From: Selaginella moellendorffii
Taxonomy: Eukaryota; Plantae; Lycopodiophyta
Length of the DNA stretch: 64,000 nucleotides
Reading direction: 5' to 3'
Assembly (NCBI RefSeq): GCF_000143415.4
Contig: NW_003314385.1
Span: 91,296 to 155,295 of the forward strand
The stretch's first letter is position 1. The number at the start of each line of letters is the position of its first letter. The notes beneath the pieces are model-generated. The model was given only the letters and a program-made list of their open reading frames with translations. It was not told the origin of the DNA and searched no databases. Positions 49,037 to 61,270 of the stretch are shown piece by piece. Both the position numbers and the translations under genes were made by a program.

Positions 49037-49745
49037 TCCGGACTCGGACTCGGACTCGGACTCAGACTCGGACTCGGACTCGGGCTCGGGCTCGGTCTTG
49101 GCCTCGGCCTCGGTCTCGGTCTCGGTCCCGGTCTCGGTCTCGGTCCCGGTCTCGGTCCCGGTCTCGGTCTCGGTCCCGGTCTCGGTCCCGGTCTCGGTCT
49201 CGACTTCGGACTCCATCTCGGACTCCATCTCGGGTCCATCTCGGGTCCACCTCGGACTCCATCTCGGACTCCATCTCGGACTCCATCTCGGACTCCATCT
49301 CGGACTCCATCTCGGGTCCATCTCGGGTCCATCTCGGACTCCATCTCGGACTCCATCTCGGGTCCATCTCGGACTCCATCTCGGACTCCATTTCGGGTCC
49401 ATCTCGGGTCCACCTCGGACTCCATCTCGGACTCCATCTCGGACTCCATCTCGGGTCCATCTCGGACTCCATCTCGGACTCCATTTCGGGTCCATCTCGG
49501 GTCCACCTCGGACTCCATCTCGGGTCCATCTCGGACTCCATTTCGGGTCCATCTCGGGTCCACCTCGGACTCCATCTCGGGTCCATCTCGGACTCCATCT
49601 CGGACTCCATTTCGGGTCCATCTCGGGTCCACCTCGGACTCCATCTCGGACTCCATCTCGGGTCCATCTCGGACTCCACTTCGGACTCCAACTCGGGTCC
49701 ATCTCGGACTCCACTTCGGACTCCAACTCGAGTCCATCTCGGACA
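49037..49745. repeat. LTR minisatellite, B 3' LTR
   Basis: GGACTC/GGTCTC hexamers then TCGGACTCCATC and TCGGGTCCATC units. Confidence 0.9.
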
Positions 49746-52700
49746 CTCCCACGTGTCATGTGTTGGTCCTTTTGGGTCCCTTTTTGGAGCCTCGCCTTTT
49801 GCTCGCTTCGTGCTCGTTCCTCGAGCACTTCGTTGGGAGTTCCACTCCCGCTCTTGACTTTTCAAGTCGGAGCTTTTGGTCCAAACGTGTTACGCTCGTT
49901 TGGCTCTCGCTTCGGCCACTACCATGTGGCGCCCTTCCAGCTCCACTTTGGGGCCTAGGGATTTTGTGTCTCACAACTCCACCACCCATAGACGAAGTTC
50001 GATGTCCTCATCGAACGGTAAACCCTTTCATAAAGTAACACCCACATGTGTTACCATTTCCATCTTTGGCACCTAGCCAATCTTTGTCTATGGTTTGACA
50101 TCAAAGGCTCACCATGCCTTGTCCATCCTTTAAGGAGCGTAGTCTCTCCAATTTAGAGACTGATTGGACCACATGTAATGGTTCATCCTTTTATTGGTTT
50201 AGTTCTCGCTAAACCTCTTAGAGACCCTTCTTTAAGTCAATCCCACTACTCCTTCTCGAGTAGTCTCAATTTCCATCGATATAACCTTTGCACTTTGGAA
50301 CTTTGAATTTTGACTTCTTGGAGTCAATTTCTTAGGTGTCTCCGACACCTTGCCTTGCACCTTTTGTGCAACTCCACTTCCCATCCTAGGAAGTTCTCTA
50401 CTCGAGGGCACCATCATCCTCTCTTCTATTTCGTGCCAAAGTTCCAGTTATCATACTTTGTGCTAGGGCTGTTCATGGCCCTATCATTTGGCTACCTTAC
50501 CGCTCCCTCCCTTGGAGCTTCCACTTTCGCCAAATCGGAGCATTTCGGAATCCCTCCTTGGAAACACACTTCCTTTCCCGCAACTTGTTAGCGTCCAACA
50601 CATTAGTGTTCCTCGCCTAACTTTGTCACTTGGATTCCTTCCAAGGGATTCCACGGCCCTATCTTGGCCACTCATCTTTTGCTCCTATCCGTTGATTGTT
50701 GCACCAAGCAACATCGAATCTCTACCTCCCTCCTTGAGGTATTGTTTCGGTTCCATAGCAAAGACTCTTCTTTGCCAAGTCCGGAGGACGTTCACCCCTA
50801 GTACGTCTCTTTAGCATCTTCTGCTATGGGCTCTATCCACGGCCCAACTTCGTGACCCTCCCATGGGTCTTTTATAGAGACTACTTTCCTCGGACTCACT
50901 ATGCCATCGCACGGTCATAGTTTATTTCCCTTAGGTGCTCTTCCCACTTGGTTATCACGACCAAGCAACACCACCTTAAACAGTTCAATTTCAACATTTT
51001 GAACCAGGAACTTCATTCCTTAGCCACCCAAGGACCTTGTCCTTATCTGGCCATAAGATCACCTAGTGATCTCACCTTGGCACCTTAACAGAGTTGCCAA
51101 GAGGTACTTGGTTTTCTAGACCTCCAAGTTGTTGACTATAACCCCGGGGGCATCCCCCACACTTGGCGGTGCACCCAAGCTAGCCCTTACGGCCAAGGGT
51201 TCATAGCAACTGAGATTAGGTGTCCCCATCTCACTCACCACGACCTTGGTGCCACTTGCACCAAAGTGTTCAAGTTAGATATGCTGAGCTTTCACACTAA
51301 GCAATCTAACCGTGCATCACGACTCCGAGGCATCCCTCGCTTGGCGGTGTGCCCAAACCAGTCTCCCCACTGAGAGTCCATGACCACCGAAATATGAGTG
51401 TCCTCATATTCCAAACCATCACCACGCCCTAGTGATTTGGGACTCGAACCCAAGCACTAGAGGGTCGGGACTCGAACCCAACCTCCGTATATGCATCTAC
51501 GGATGGCATCACACAAGATGCCTGGCGTGACTCCCCACGCCGGTGCACCAACTTATTTTTAAAGCGCGCTACTGATCACAGCTTAGGAACCTAGTTCCTC
51601 CACACTACCAAGTCCTCTCACTTGACATGTCTGTGATCATGCATGGACTCTTCCATGCTTGGCCCCATGGCCCACCCTTTTTGAAGTTATCACCTTCAAC
51701 TAGGGTCTTTGTTCCCCCGACGTGCCAATCTCACTTGGCAAGTTCTCCGACCATTGTAACATGGTTCCTGCATAAGCGTGAAAGTCCTTGACCATCGACT
51801 TTCGTTCAAAGCCCTCTCTTTGAACACTCGGGGACTACTTCCCTAACCTTGATAACCTTGCCTCATGGCAAGTTTCAAGACCACGCTTCTGCTGCGCCAC
51901 TCTGATTTCGCGCATTCCATGAACCATTTACACTTGGCCTTTCTAGGTACTACGCTACCTAGAATCGTCTTTGGGAACCTTGAAGGAACTCTATCCCTCA
52001 GCTTGCTAAGGCCTCCCTTTTTGCAAGCCTTCCAAATGCCATATAGTCTAACATGGACAATTCCATGTTTTAGACTCTCCATGGCATCACGGTTGCTAGC
52101 GGCAACACCCTTGAGCCCCCACTTGATTTTCCACTCCCAGCTGGCATAACCAACCTTGGTTATGCCCTTTGATTTCTATGGTTCAGTTCCATCCCAACAC
52201 TACTTGCCTTTGGCTTCACACCTTTCCTTCGGTCATTCTCCTCCAGACCAGGAGGATAGCTTTGCACTTTCTATCATGCCTTAGCAAGTATTCTTAGGGA
52301 TGAACCTACCCAATAGCCCAGGGAGTGGTTCCTCAATCCGGGTATGCTCAGCTTATAATCCCACACACTGGGGTTACATTGTTGCTTATGGGCCTTTACA
52401 TGCCCATCACTAGCCTTGCCAAAATTCCATTTTTGGCTTTGTCCAACTTGGGTAGACAGTCCTCTCCTGTCTCCGCAACCTTGAACATTTGGATAGCACC
52501 TTCTATCCATCATTCGCTAGGGACTTAGTCCCTTGGGCTTTATCCATTGCCCTCGCGACATCAAACACCACCTCTTGGTGTTCTAGAGTGTTCGGGTGTC
52601 CCAATGATGGCTTCCTTGACAATGAATATTTCCTTTCATGACATTGACTTGCTATATCGCAACATCAGCAATTTATCCCCCGTAAGGGTATATCTAACTT

Positions 52701-55030
52701 CTTTATACCATTAAGAAGTCTTGGGTAGTTACCTTCTACCCGCTTAACCAATTATCTTGCACCTCTTGCTTAGTTGCCCCATAGCTGTCAAGTCTTACAA
52801 CTCATTGCTTGGTGCTTTCACACCTCCATCATTATCTGGGTCACCACACTCCAACTGCATGCTCTGCAGCTTAGGCTATGCTATTCCCATTTCCATTGGG
52901 ATTCCTTTGGCAAGGGGTTCTCATGAACCCACCAACATAGCCTCAAGGTATCACACCTTGGCACATTTGGTGTCTCCACACCATCGGCTCCACGAGCCTA
53001 CCTCTATGACACTTTTTCTTTGTGTCTAAGTCTTTGCCAAGACCAATACCGCTCTTTCTCATGCCAACCATTTGTTAGCACGGCACCATAGAGGTCACAC
53101 ACAACTTTGTGTCAAAGTTGTTTTCTATTTGGGAACACCTTTCCCATAACTTTAGCATGGCATATTTTGCCATTGATGAGATACCCTCTGTTCTCATCCT
53201 TGGATCCTATGATCCCCCCCCCATCCTTTGTGGGGTACAACACACCTCAGTCCAAATGCTTCCATCAGTCCTTTTAGGACCATCCATTGACTCTACTTGA
53301 GTCATCCAGCAATTTTGGACTTGGTTAATCCACAGACCCGTAAGGTCCTACTTGTGAGGCACTAGCTCACTGGAATACACTTCTTGCATTCCTGTCCTAC
53401 TCAAAAGGACTATTTTCACAAGTGTTACTCCGACACTTGATTTTGTTCTCTGGGGGCAACCTTTGCCCCTTAGGACTACTTGTCCATGTGATGAGAACAC
53501 CAACTCATCCACTTAATACACCCCCAACTCCTTGGGTTGTTCCAGCATTTATTAGAGGTAGCCCCGGCTACCTTTTCAAGGACTTGAGTCCTCTTCCGTA
53601 TTTGACCTCCCACGGTCATTACTTTTGGTCTCACTTTCATGAGCACCAACCTCAACTATGTGAGGAAAATCTTGTGACTCCTTTATTGATTTGGAGTCTT
53701 TATCTTTCCCGTGATCCCAACTGTAGTTGTTTACCACAACTACATTAGCCAGTTTGCTAAGTCAAACGCTCATCTGGATCACATCCTCAACTCTTTGAGG
53801 AAAACCATATACTGTTCCCAAGATCCCAAAGTCGTTCCATTATTGGCCCTTTTCTATCCACCACCTCGTCTACAAGTTCACACATGAACTGTAGTGGAGA
53901 GCCATGTCTTCCCGACTTGCTACTCCTCAAGGATAGGCCCACTCCTCGGACCTTCCGATGCCAACACTAGTGGTGATATACTTGAGCACCAATAAAAGTC
54001 GGACTAAGGAACAGCTCCGATACCAAATTGAAAGCGACTAATTTTTCCATTCTACTTTAGTCACTTAACCACACCTCCAACCACTTAGAGGAGTCTCGTT
54101 CACAACCTCCATAGGTCCAATTTAGGACTTGGGACTTGCTAGCCCCAAGAATGGCATCCATGCCACTCCACACTTGCACCTGGTCCAAGTGCTCCACGTG
54201 TCCGGTCCCAAGACCGACACCCAAAGGTACCACTGACATCTCGGCCCGTTACGCTAAGGCCATGCCCATTCACCTTTGCTGCACTAGTGGTCCAATACCA
54301 CTTGCATCACCATCCCGTCTCTCCAAGACTGGGCCATCTGTCCACGAGTGGTCATCCTGGATCCACTCCTTAGCATCCTTAGGATGCCCACAGACCTGGG
54401 GAATCGCCTTCCCGAAAGTCCCTTTGTCAGTTCCTACCAAGTCCCTTTCTGCCCCTGGCCGTGTTTGCCAACACTGCCACTGGATCGAGGCCCACAGGCC
54501 CGACCACTAAGTCCCATGGTCCTCTGGGACTTCCTCACCACACGACTGTGTCCTTGGTCACTACCCCAGAGAACTGCTCCTCTTCCTTTCCACAGTCTGG
54601 GCCTTTGGGACAACATTTCGGAACACTGTGGCCTTACGCGAGCCACCTGGGTACTCTCCTCGCTTTCTGCCCTTGGGTGCTCTAGCCATGGGCTTAGAGC
54701 GGGTTCCGTTGAGCCACACCAGGTATCCAAGTAGGTAGTGCCACCCACACTTGGACTGGGAGCATCGGCCAGTCGATCTCCCGGGGGAACTAGAGCCGGC
54801 TCTTGAACACTTCACCAAGCTACCCCGCTTGTCGGTCCGTGTTCACTCTAGTCTTGGACTTCCCAGTGGGCAGCTCATCACCCAACACTGGGTCTGGCCT
54901 TCCTGGGCCAAACTGGCCTTTCCTGGCCAAACTGGCTCCACTGCAGTCCTCCCCCTTACTATACTTTTGGAGCTCACCAAACCCCCCAGGGTCTGGGAGA
55001 CGAACGCTTTGGGCTTTCACCCTCTCAGGC

Positions 55031-55709
55031 TCCGGACTCGGACTCGGACTCGGACTCAGACTCGGACTCGGACTCGGGCTCGGGCTCGGTCTTGGCCTCG
55101 GCCTCGGTCTCGGTCTCGGTCCCGGTCTCGGTCTCGGTCCCGGTCTCGGTCCCGGTCTCGGTCTCGACTTCGGACTCCATCTCGGACTCCATCTCGGGTC
55201 CATCTCGGGTCCACCTCGGACTCCATCTCGGACTCCATCTCGGACTCCATCTCGGACTCCATCTCGGACTCCATCTCGGGTCCATCTCGGGTCCATCTCG
55301 GACTCCATCTCGGACTCCATCTCGGGTCCATCTCGGACTCCATCTCGGACTCCATTTCGGGTCCATCTCGGGTCCACCTCGGACTCCATCTCGGACTCCA
55401 TCTCGGACTCCATCTCGGGTCCATCTCGGACTCCATCTCGGACTCCATTTCGGGTCCATCTCGGGTCCACCTCGGACTCCATCTCGGGTCCATCTCGGAC
55501 TCCATTTCGGGTCCATCTCGGGTCCACCTCGGACTCCATCTCGGGTCCATCTCGGACTCCATCTCGGACTCCATTTCGGGTCCATCTCGGGTCCACCTCG
55601 GACTCCATCTCGGACTCCATCTCGGGTCCATCTCGGACTCCACTTCGGACTCCAACTCGGGTCCATCTCGGACTCCACTTCGGACTCCAACTCGAGTCCA
55701 TCTCGGACA
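55031..55709. repeat. LTR minisatellite, B 5' LTR
   Basis: Same array as 49037-49745 but 30 bp shorter in the hexamer part. Confidence 0.9.
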
Positions 55710-58700
55710 CTCCCACGTGTCATGTGTTGGTCCTTTTGGGTCCCTTTTTGGAGCCTCGCCTTTTGCTCGCTTCGTGCTCGTTCCTCGAGCACTTCGTTGG
55801 GAGTTCCACTCCCGCTCTTGACTTTTCAAGTCGGAGCTTTTGGTCCAAACGTGTTACGCTCGTTTGGCTCTCGCTTCGGCCACTACCATGTGGCGCCCTT
55901 CCAGCTCCACTTTGGGGCCTAGGGATTTTGTGTCTCACATCGGGCCTGTGGGCCTCAATCCAGTGGTAATGTTGGTGAACACGGCCATGGGCAGAAAGGG
56001 ACTTGGTGGGGATTACAAAAGGGATATTGGGGAAGGCTATTCCCCACGTCTGCGGGCATCCTAAGGATGCTAAGGAGTGGATCTGGAATGATCACTCATG
56101 GACGGATGGTCCAGTCCTTGAGAGACGGGATTGTGATGCAGGTGGTGTTAGACCACTGGTATGACCAAGGTAAAGGGGCATGGCCTTAGCGTAACGGGCT
56201 AGTATATCGGTGGTACCTTGGGGTGTCGGTCTTGGGACCGGACACATGGAGCACTTGGACTAAGTGCAAGGGATGAGTGGCATGGATGCCAATCTCGGGG
56301 CTAGCAAATCCCAAGTCCTGAATTGGACTTAAGGAGGTTGTGAGTGAGACTCCTCCAAGTGGTTGAAGGTGTGGTTAAGTGACTAAAGTAGAATGGAAAA
56401 ATTAATCGCTTACAACTTGGTATCGGAGCTGTTCCTTAGCCCGACTCTTATTGGTGGCCAAGTATACCACCACTTGTATTGGAATTGGAAGGTCCTAGAT
56501 ATGGACCTATCCTCGAGGAGTAGCATGTCGAGAGGACATGGCTCTCCACTCAAGTTCATGCGTGAACTTGTGCACGATATGGTGGATAGAAAAGGGGCCA
56601 GTAAGGGAACGACTTTGGGATCTTGGGAACAATATAATGGTTTCCTCCGAGAGCTGAGGACGTGATCCAGATGAGCGTTTGACGCAGCAAACGAGCTAAT
56701 GTAGTTGTGGTAAACAACTATAGTTGGGTTCACGGGAAAGATGCAGACTCCAAAAGAATAAAGGAGTCACAAGATTACCCTTATATGGTTGAAGCTGGTA
56801 CTTATAAATTTGAGACCGGAATTGTTGACTGTGGAAGGTCAAATACAAAAGAGGACACAAGTCCTTGAAATGGTAGCCGAGGCTACCTCTAATAAATGCT
56901 AGAACAACCCAAGGAGTGGGGGTGTACTCAGAGGATGAGTTGGTATTCTCATCACATGGACAAGTGGTCCTAAGGGGCAAAAGGTTGCCCCAAGAGAACA
57001 AATCAAGTGTCGGAGTAACACTTGCAAAGATGATCCTTGGGAGTAGGACCTGAATACAAGAAGTTGTATTCTAGTGAGCTGGCACCTCAAAAGTAGGGCC
57101 TCATGGGTCGTCGGATGACAAAGTCCAAAAAAGCTAGATGACTCCAATAGAGTCAAGGAATAATCTTAAAGGATTGATGGAAGCATTTGGACTGAGGTGT
57201 GTTTTACCCCACGAAGGATGGGGGGGGATCATAGGATCCAAGGATAAAAACAGAGGGTATCTCATCGATGGCAAAATGTGCCGTGCTAAAGTCGTGGGAA
57301 AGGTGTTCCCAAATAGAAAACAACTTTGACACAAAGTTGTGTGTGACCTCTATGGTGCCGTGCTAACAAATGGTTGGCATGAGAAAGAGCGGTATTGGTC
57401 TTGGCAAAGACTTAGACACAAAGAAAAAGTGTCATAGAGGTAGGCTCGTGGAGCCGATGGTGTGGAGACACCAAATGTGCCAAGGTGTGATACCTTGAGG
57501 CTATGTTGGTGGGTTCATGAGAACCCCTTGCCAAAGGATTCCCAATGGAAATGGGAATGACATAGCCTAAGTTGTAGAGTATGCAGTTGGAGTGTGGTGA
57601 CCCAGATAATGATGGAGGTGTAGAAGCACTAGCAATGAGTTGTAGGACTTAACGACTATGAGGCAACTAAGTGAGAGGTGCAAAATAATTGGTTAAATGG
57701 GTAGAAGGTAGCTACCCAAGCCTTCTTAATGGCATAGGGAAGTTGGATATACCCTTACGGGGGATAAGTTGCTTATGTTGCAATATAGTAAGTCAATGTC
57801 ATAAAAGGAAATACTCATTGTCAAGGAAGCCATTATTGGGACACCCAAACACTCGAGAACACCAGGAGGTGGTGCTTGATGTCGCGAGGGCAATAGATAA
57901 GGCCCAAGGGACTAAGTCTCTAGCGAATGATGGATAGAAGGTGCTATCCAAATGTCCAAGGTGGCGGAGACAGGAGAAGACTGTCTACTCGAATTGGACA
58001 AAGCCAAAATTGAAATTTTGGCAAGGCTAGTGATGTGCATGTAAGGGCCCGTAAGCAACAATGTAATCCCGGTGTGCGGGATTATAGGGTGAGCATACCT
58101 GGATTGAGGAACCACTCCCTAGGCTATTGGGTAGGTTTATCCCTAAGAATACTTGCTAAGGCATGATAGAAAGTGCAAAGCTATCCTCCTAGTCGGGAGG
58201 AGAATGACCAAAGGAAAGGTGTGAAGCCAAAAGCAAGTAGTAAGGGGATAGAACCAAACCATAGGAATCGAAGGGCATAACCAAGGGTAGTTATGCCAGT
58301 TGGGAGTAGAGAATCAAGTGGGGGCTCGAGGGTGTTGTCGCTAGCAACCGTAATGCCATGGAGAGTCTAAAATATGGAATTGTCCATGTTAGACTATATG
58401 GTAATTGGAAAGCTTGCAAAAAGGGAGGCCTTAGCAAGCTAAGGGACAGAGTTCCTTCAAGGTTCCCAAAGATGATTCTAGGTAGCTTAGTACCTAGAAA
58501 GGCCAAGCGTAAATGGTTCAAAGAACGCGCGAAATCAGAGTGGCGCAGCAGAAGCGTGGTCTTGAAGCTTGCCATGAGGCAAGGCTATCAAGGTTAGGGA
58601 AGTAGTTCCCGAGTGTTCAAAGAGAGGGCTTTGAACAAAAGTCGATGATCAAAGGCTTTCACGCTTGTGCAGGAACCATATTACAGTGGTCGGAGGACTT

Positions 58701-60724
58701 GCCAAAGCGAGATTGGCAAGTCAGGGGAACAAATGCCCTAGTTGAAGGTGATAACTTCAAAAGGGTGGGCCATGGAGCCAAGCATGGAGGAGTCCATGCA
58801 TGATCACAGACTTGTCAAGTGAGAGGACTTGGCAGTGTGGAGGAACTGGGTTCCTAAGCTGTGATCTATAGCGCGCTTTGAGTATAAGTTGGTGCACCGG
58901 CGTGGGGAGTCACGCCAGGCATCCTGAGTGATGCCGTCCGTAGATGCATATACGGAGGTTGGGTTCGAGTCCCGACCCCCTAGTGCTTGGGTTCGAGTCC
59001 CAAATCACTAGGGCGTGGTGATGGTTTGGAATATGAGGACACTCATATTTTGGTGGTCATGGACTCTCAGTGAGGAGACTGGTTTGGGCACACCGCCAAA
59101 TGAGGGATGCCTCGGAGTCGTGATGCACGGTTAGATCGCTTAGAGTGAAAGCTCGGCATATCTAACTTGAACACTTTGGTGCAAAGGGCACCAAGGACGT
59201 GGTGAATGAGATGGGGACACCCAGTCTCAGTTGCTATGGATCCTTGGCCGGGAGGGCTGGCTTGGGTGCACCGCCAAGTGTGGGGGATGTCCCCGAGATC
59301 ATAGTCAACAACTTAGAAGGGTCTGGAAGACTTAGTCCCTATTGGTAGACCTATTAAGGGGTCAAGATGAGATCACTAGGTGATCTTGTGGCTAAACAAG
59401 GACAAGGTCTTTGTTTGGGTTAAGGGATATGATTCTTAGTTCAAAGTGTTGATTTGAACTACTGATAATGGTGTGGCTTGGTCAAGGTGACCAAGTGGGA
59501 AGAGCACCTATGGGAAATGAGCTATGTCACGGCTATGGCATAGTAAGTCTAAGGAAAGTAGTCTCTATAAAAGATCTAAGGGAGGGTCTCAAAAGTTGGG
59601 CCGTGGATAGAGCCCACAGTAGGAAATGCTAAAGAAACATACTAAGGGTGAGCACCCTTTAGACTTGGCAAAATAAAGTCTTTGCTATGGAATCAAGAGG
59701 ATATCTCGACAATGGAGGTAATGATCCGATGTTGTTAGGTGCAACAATCAAGGATAGGAGCAAAAGACTAGTGGCCAAGAAAAGAGCCATGGGAATCATG
59801 GGAAGGAATCCAAATGGCAAAGTTAGTCAAGGAACACAAATGTGTTTGATGCTAGCGGATTGTGGAAAAGGAAGTGGACTTCCAAAGATAGATTCCCAAG
59901 TGCTCCAATTTGGCGAAGTAAAAGCTCCAAGTGAGGAGCGGCAAAGTAGCCAAAGGATAGGGCCGTGGACAGCCCTAGCACAAATGATGATGATTGGAAC
60001 GTAGTGCCAAGGGCGGCACAAAACAGAAAAGAGGGTGATGGTGCCCTCAAGTAAAGAACTTCCTAGGATAGGGAAGTGAACTTGCACAATATGTGCAATG
60101 CAAGGTGTCGGAGACACCTAGGAAAATTGACTTCAAGAAGTCAAAAGTAAATGTTCCAAAGTGCAAAGGTAGATCAATGGAATCTGTGACTACTCAAGAA
60201 TGAGTAGTGGAATTGAGTTAAAGAGGGTGTCTCTAACAGGTTTGCGAGAACTAAACCAATAAACGGAAAGAACCACCACAAGTGGCCCAATCAGTCTCTA
60301 AGTTGGAGAGACTATCCCCCTTAGAGGATGAACAAGGCATGGTGAGCCTTCGGGGTCAAACCATAGACAAATATTGGCAGGGTGCCAAGGATGGAAATGG
60401 TAATACCTGCGGGTGTTACTTTATAAAAGGGTGTACCGTTCGATGACCGTTCGATGAGGACATCGAACTTCGTCTATGGGTGGTGGAGTTGTGAGACACA
60501 AAATCCCTAGGCCCCAAAGTGGAGCCGGAAGGGTGCCACGTGGTAGTGGCCGAAGCGAAAGCCAAACGAGCGTAGCACGTTTGGACTAAAAGCTCCGACT
60601 TGAGAGGTCGAGAGCGGGAGTGGAACTCCCAACAAAGTGCTCAAGGAGCGAGCACGAAGCGAACAATAAGCAAGGCTCCAAAAAGGGACCCAAAAAGGAC
60701 CAACGCATGACACGTGGAAGTGTC

Positions 60725-61270
60725 TGAGATGGAGTCCAAGGCGGACCCTAGTTGGAGTCCGAGATGGACCCGAAGTGGAGTCCGAGATGGACCCGAGATG
60801 GACCCGAGATGGAGTCCGAGATGGACCCGAGATGGAGTCCGAGATGAAGTCCGAGGTGGACCGAGACGGAGTCCGAGGTGGACCCGAGGTGGAGTCCAAG
60901 ATGGACCGAGACGGAGTCCGAGATGGAGTCCGAGATGGAGTCCGAGATGGACCGAGACGGAGTCCGAGATGGAGTCCGAGATGGAGTCCGAGGTGGACCC
61001 GAGGTGGAGTCCGAGATGGACCAAGACGGAGTCCGAGATGGAGTCCGAGATGGAGTCCGAGATGGACCGAGACGGAGTCCGAGATGGAGTCCGAGATGGA
61101 GTCCAAGAAGGACCCGAGATGGAGTCCGAGGTCGAGACCGAGACTGGGACCGAGACCGAGACCGAGACCGAGACCGGGACCGAGACCGGGACCGAGACCG
61201 AGACCGAGGCCAAGGCTGAGACTGAGCCCGAGTCCGAGTCTGAGTCCGAGTCCGAGTCCGAGTTCGAGTC
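60725..61270. repeat. LTR minisatellite, A 3' LTR
   Basis: Same units, different copy number from A 5' LTR. Confidence 0.9.

Larger units (their letters stand above)
48035..55939 (-). mobile_element. Non-autonomous LTR retrotransposon B (same family), nested in A's 5' LTR: LTRs 48035-49975 and 54029-55939
   Basis: TSD TCGGG (48030-34 and 55940-44); PBS at 54014-54025 (minus); PPT-like tract just right of 49975 (minus); LTR translations identical except 30 bp of hexamer repeat. Confidence 0.95.

Noticed and set aside
49037-49745. CRISPR-like appearance of the repeat arrays
   Set aside because: No unique spacers, eukaryotic context, no cas genes.
58950-59015. Real tRNA genes or a SINE at the GGTTCGAGTCC motifs
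   Set aside because: No cloverleaf with D and anticodon arms, only a weak A-box candidate, no SINE tail or TSD; kept only as T-arm-like hairpins.
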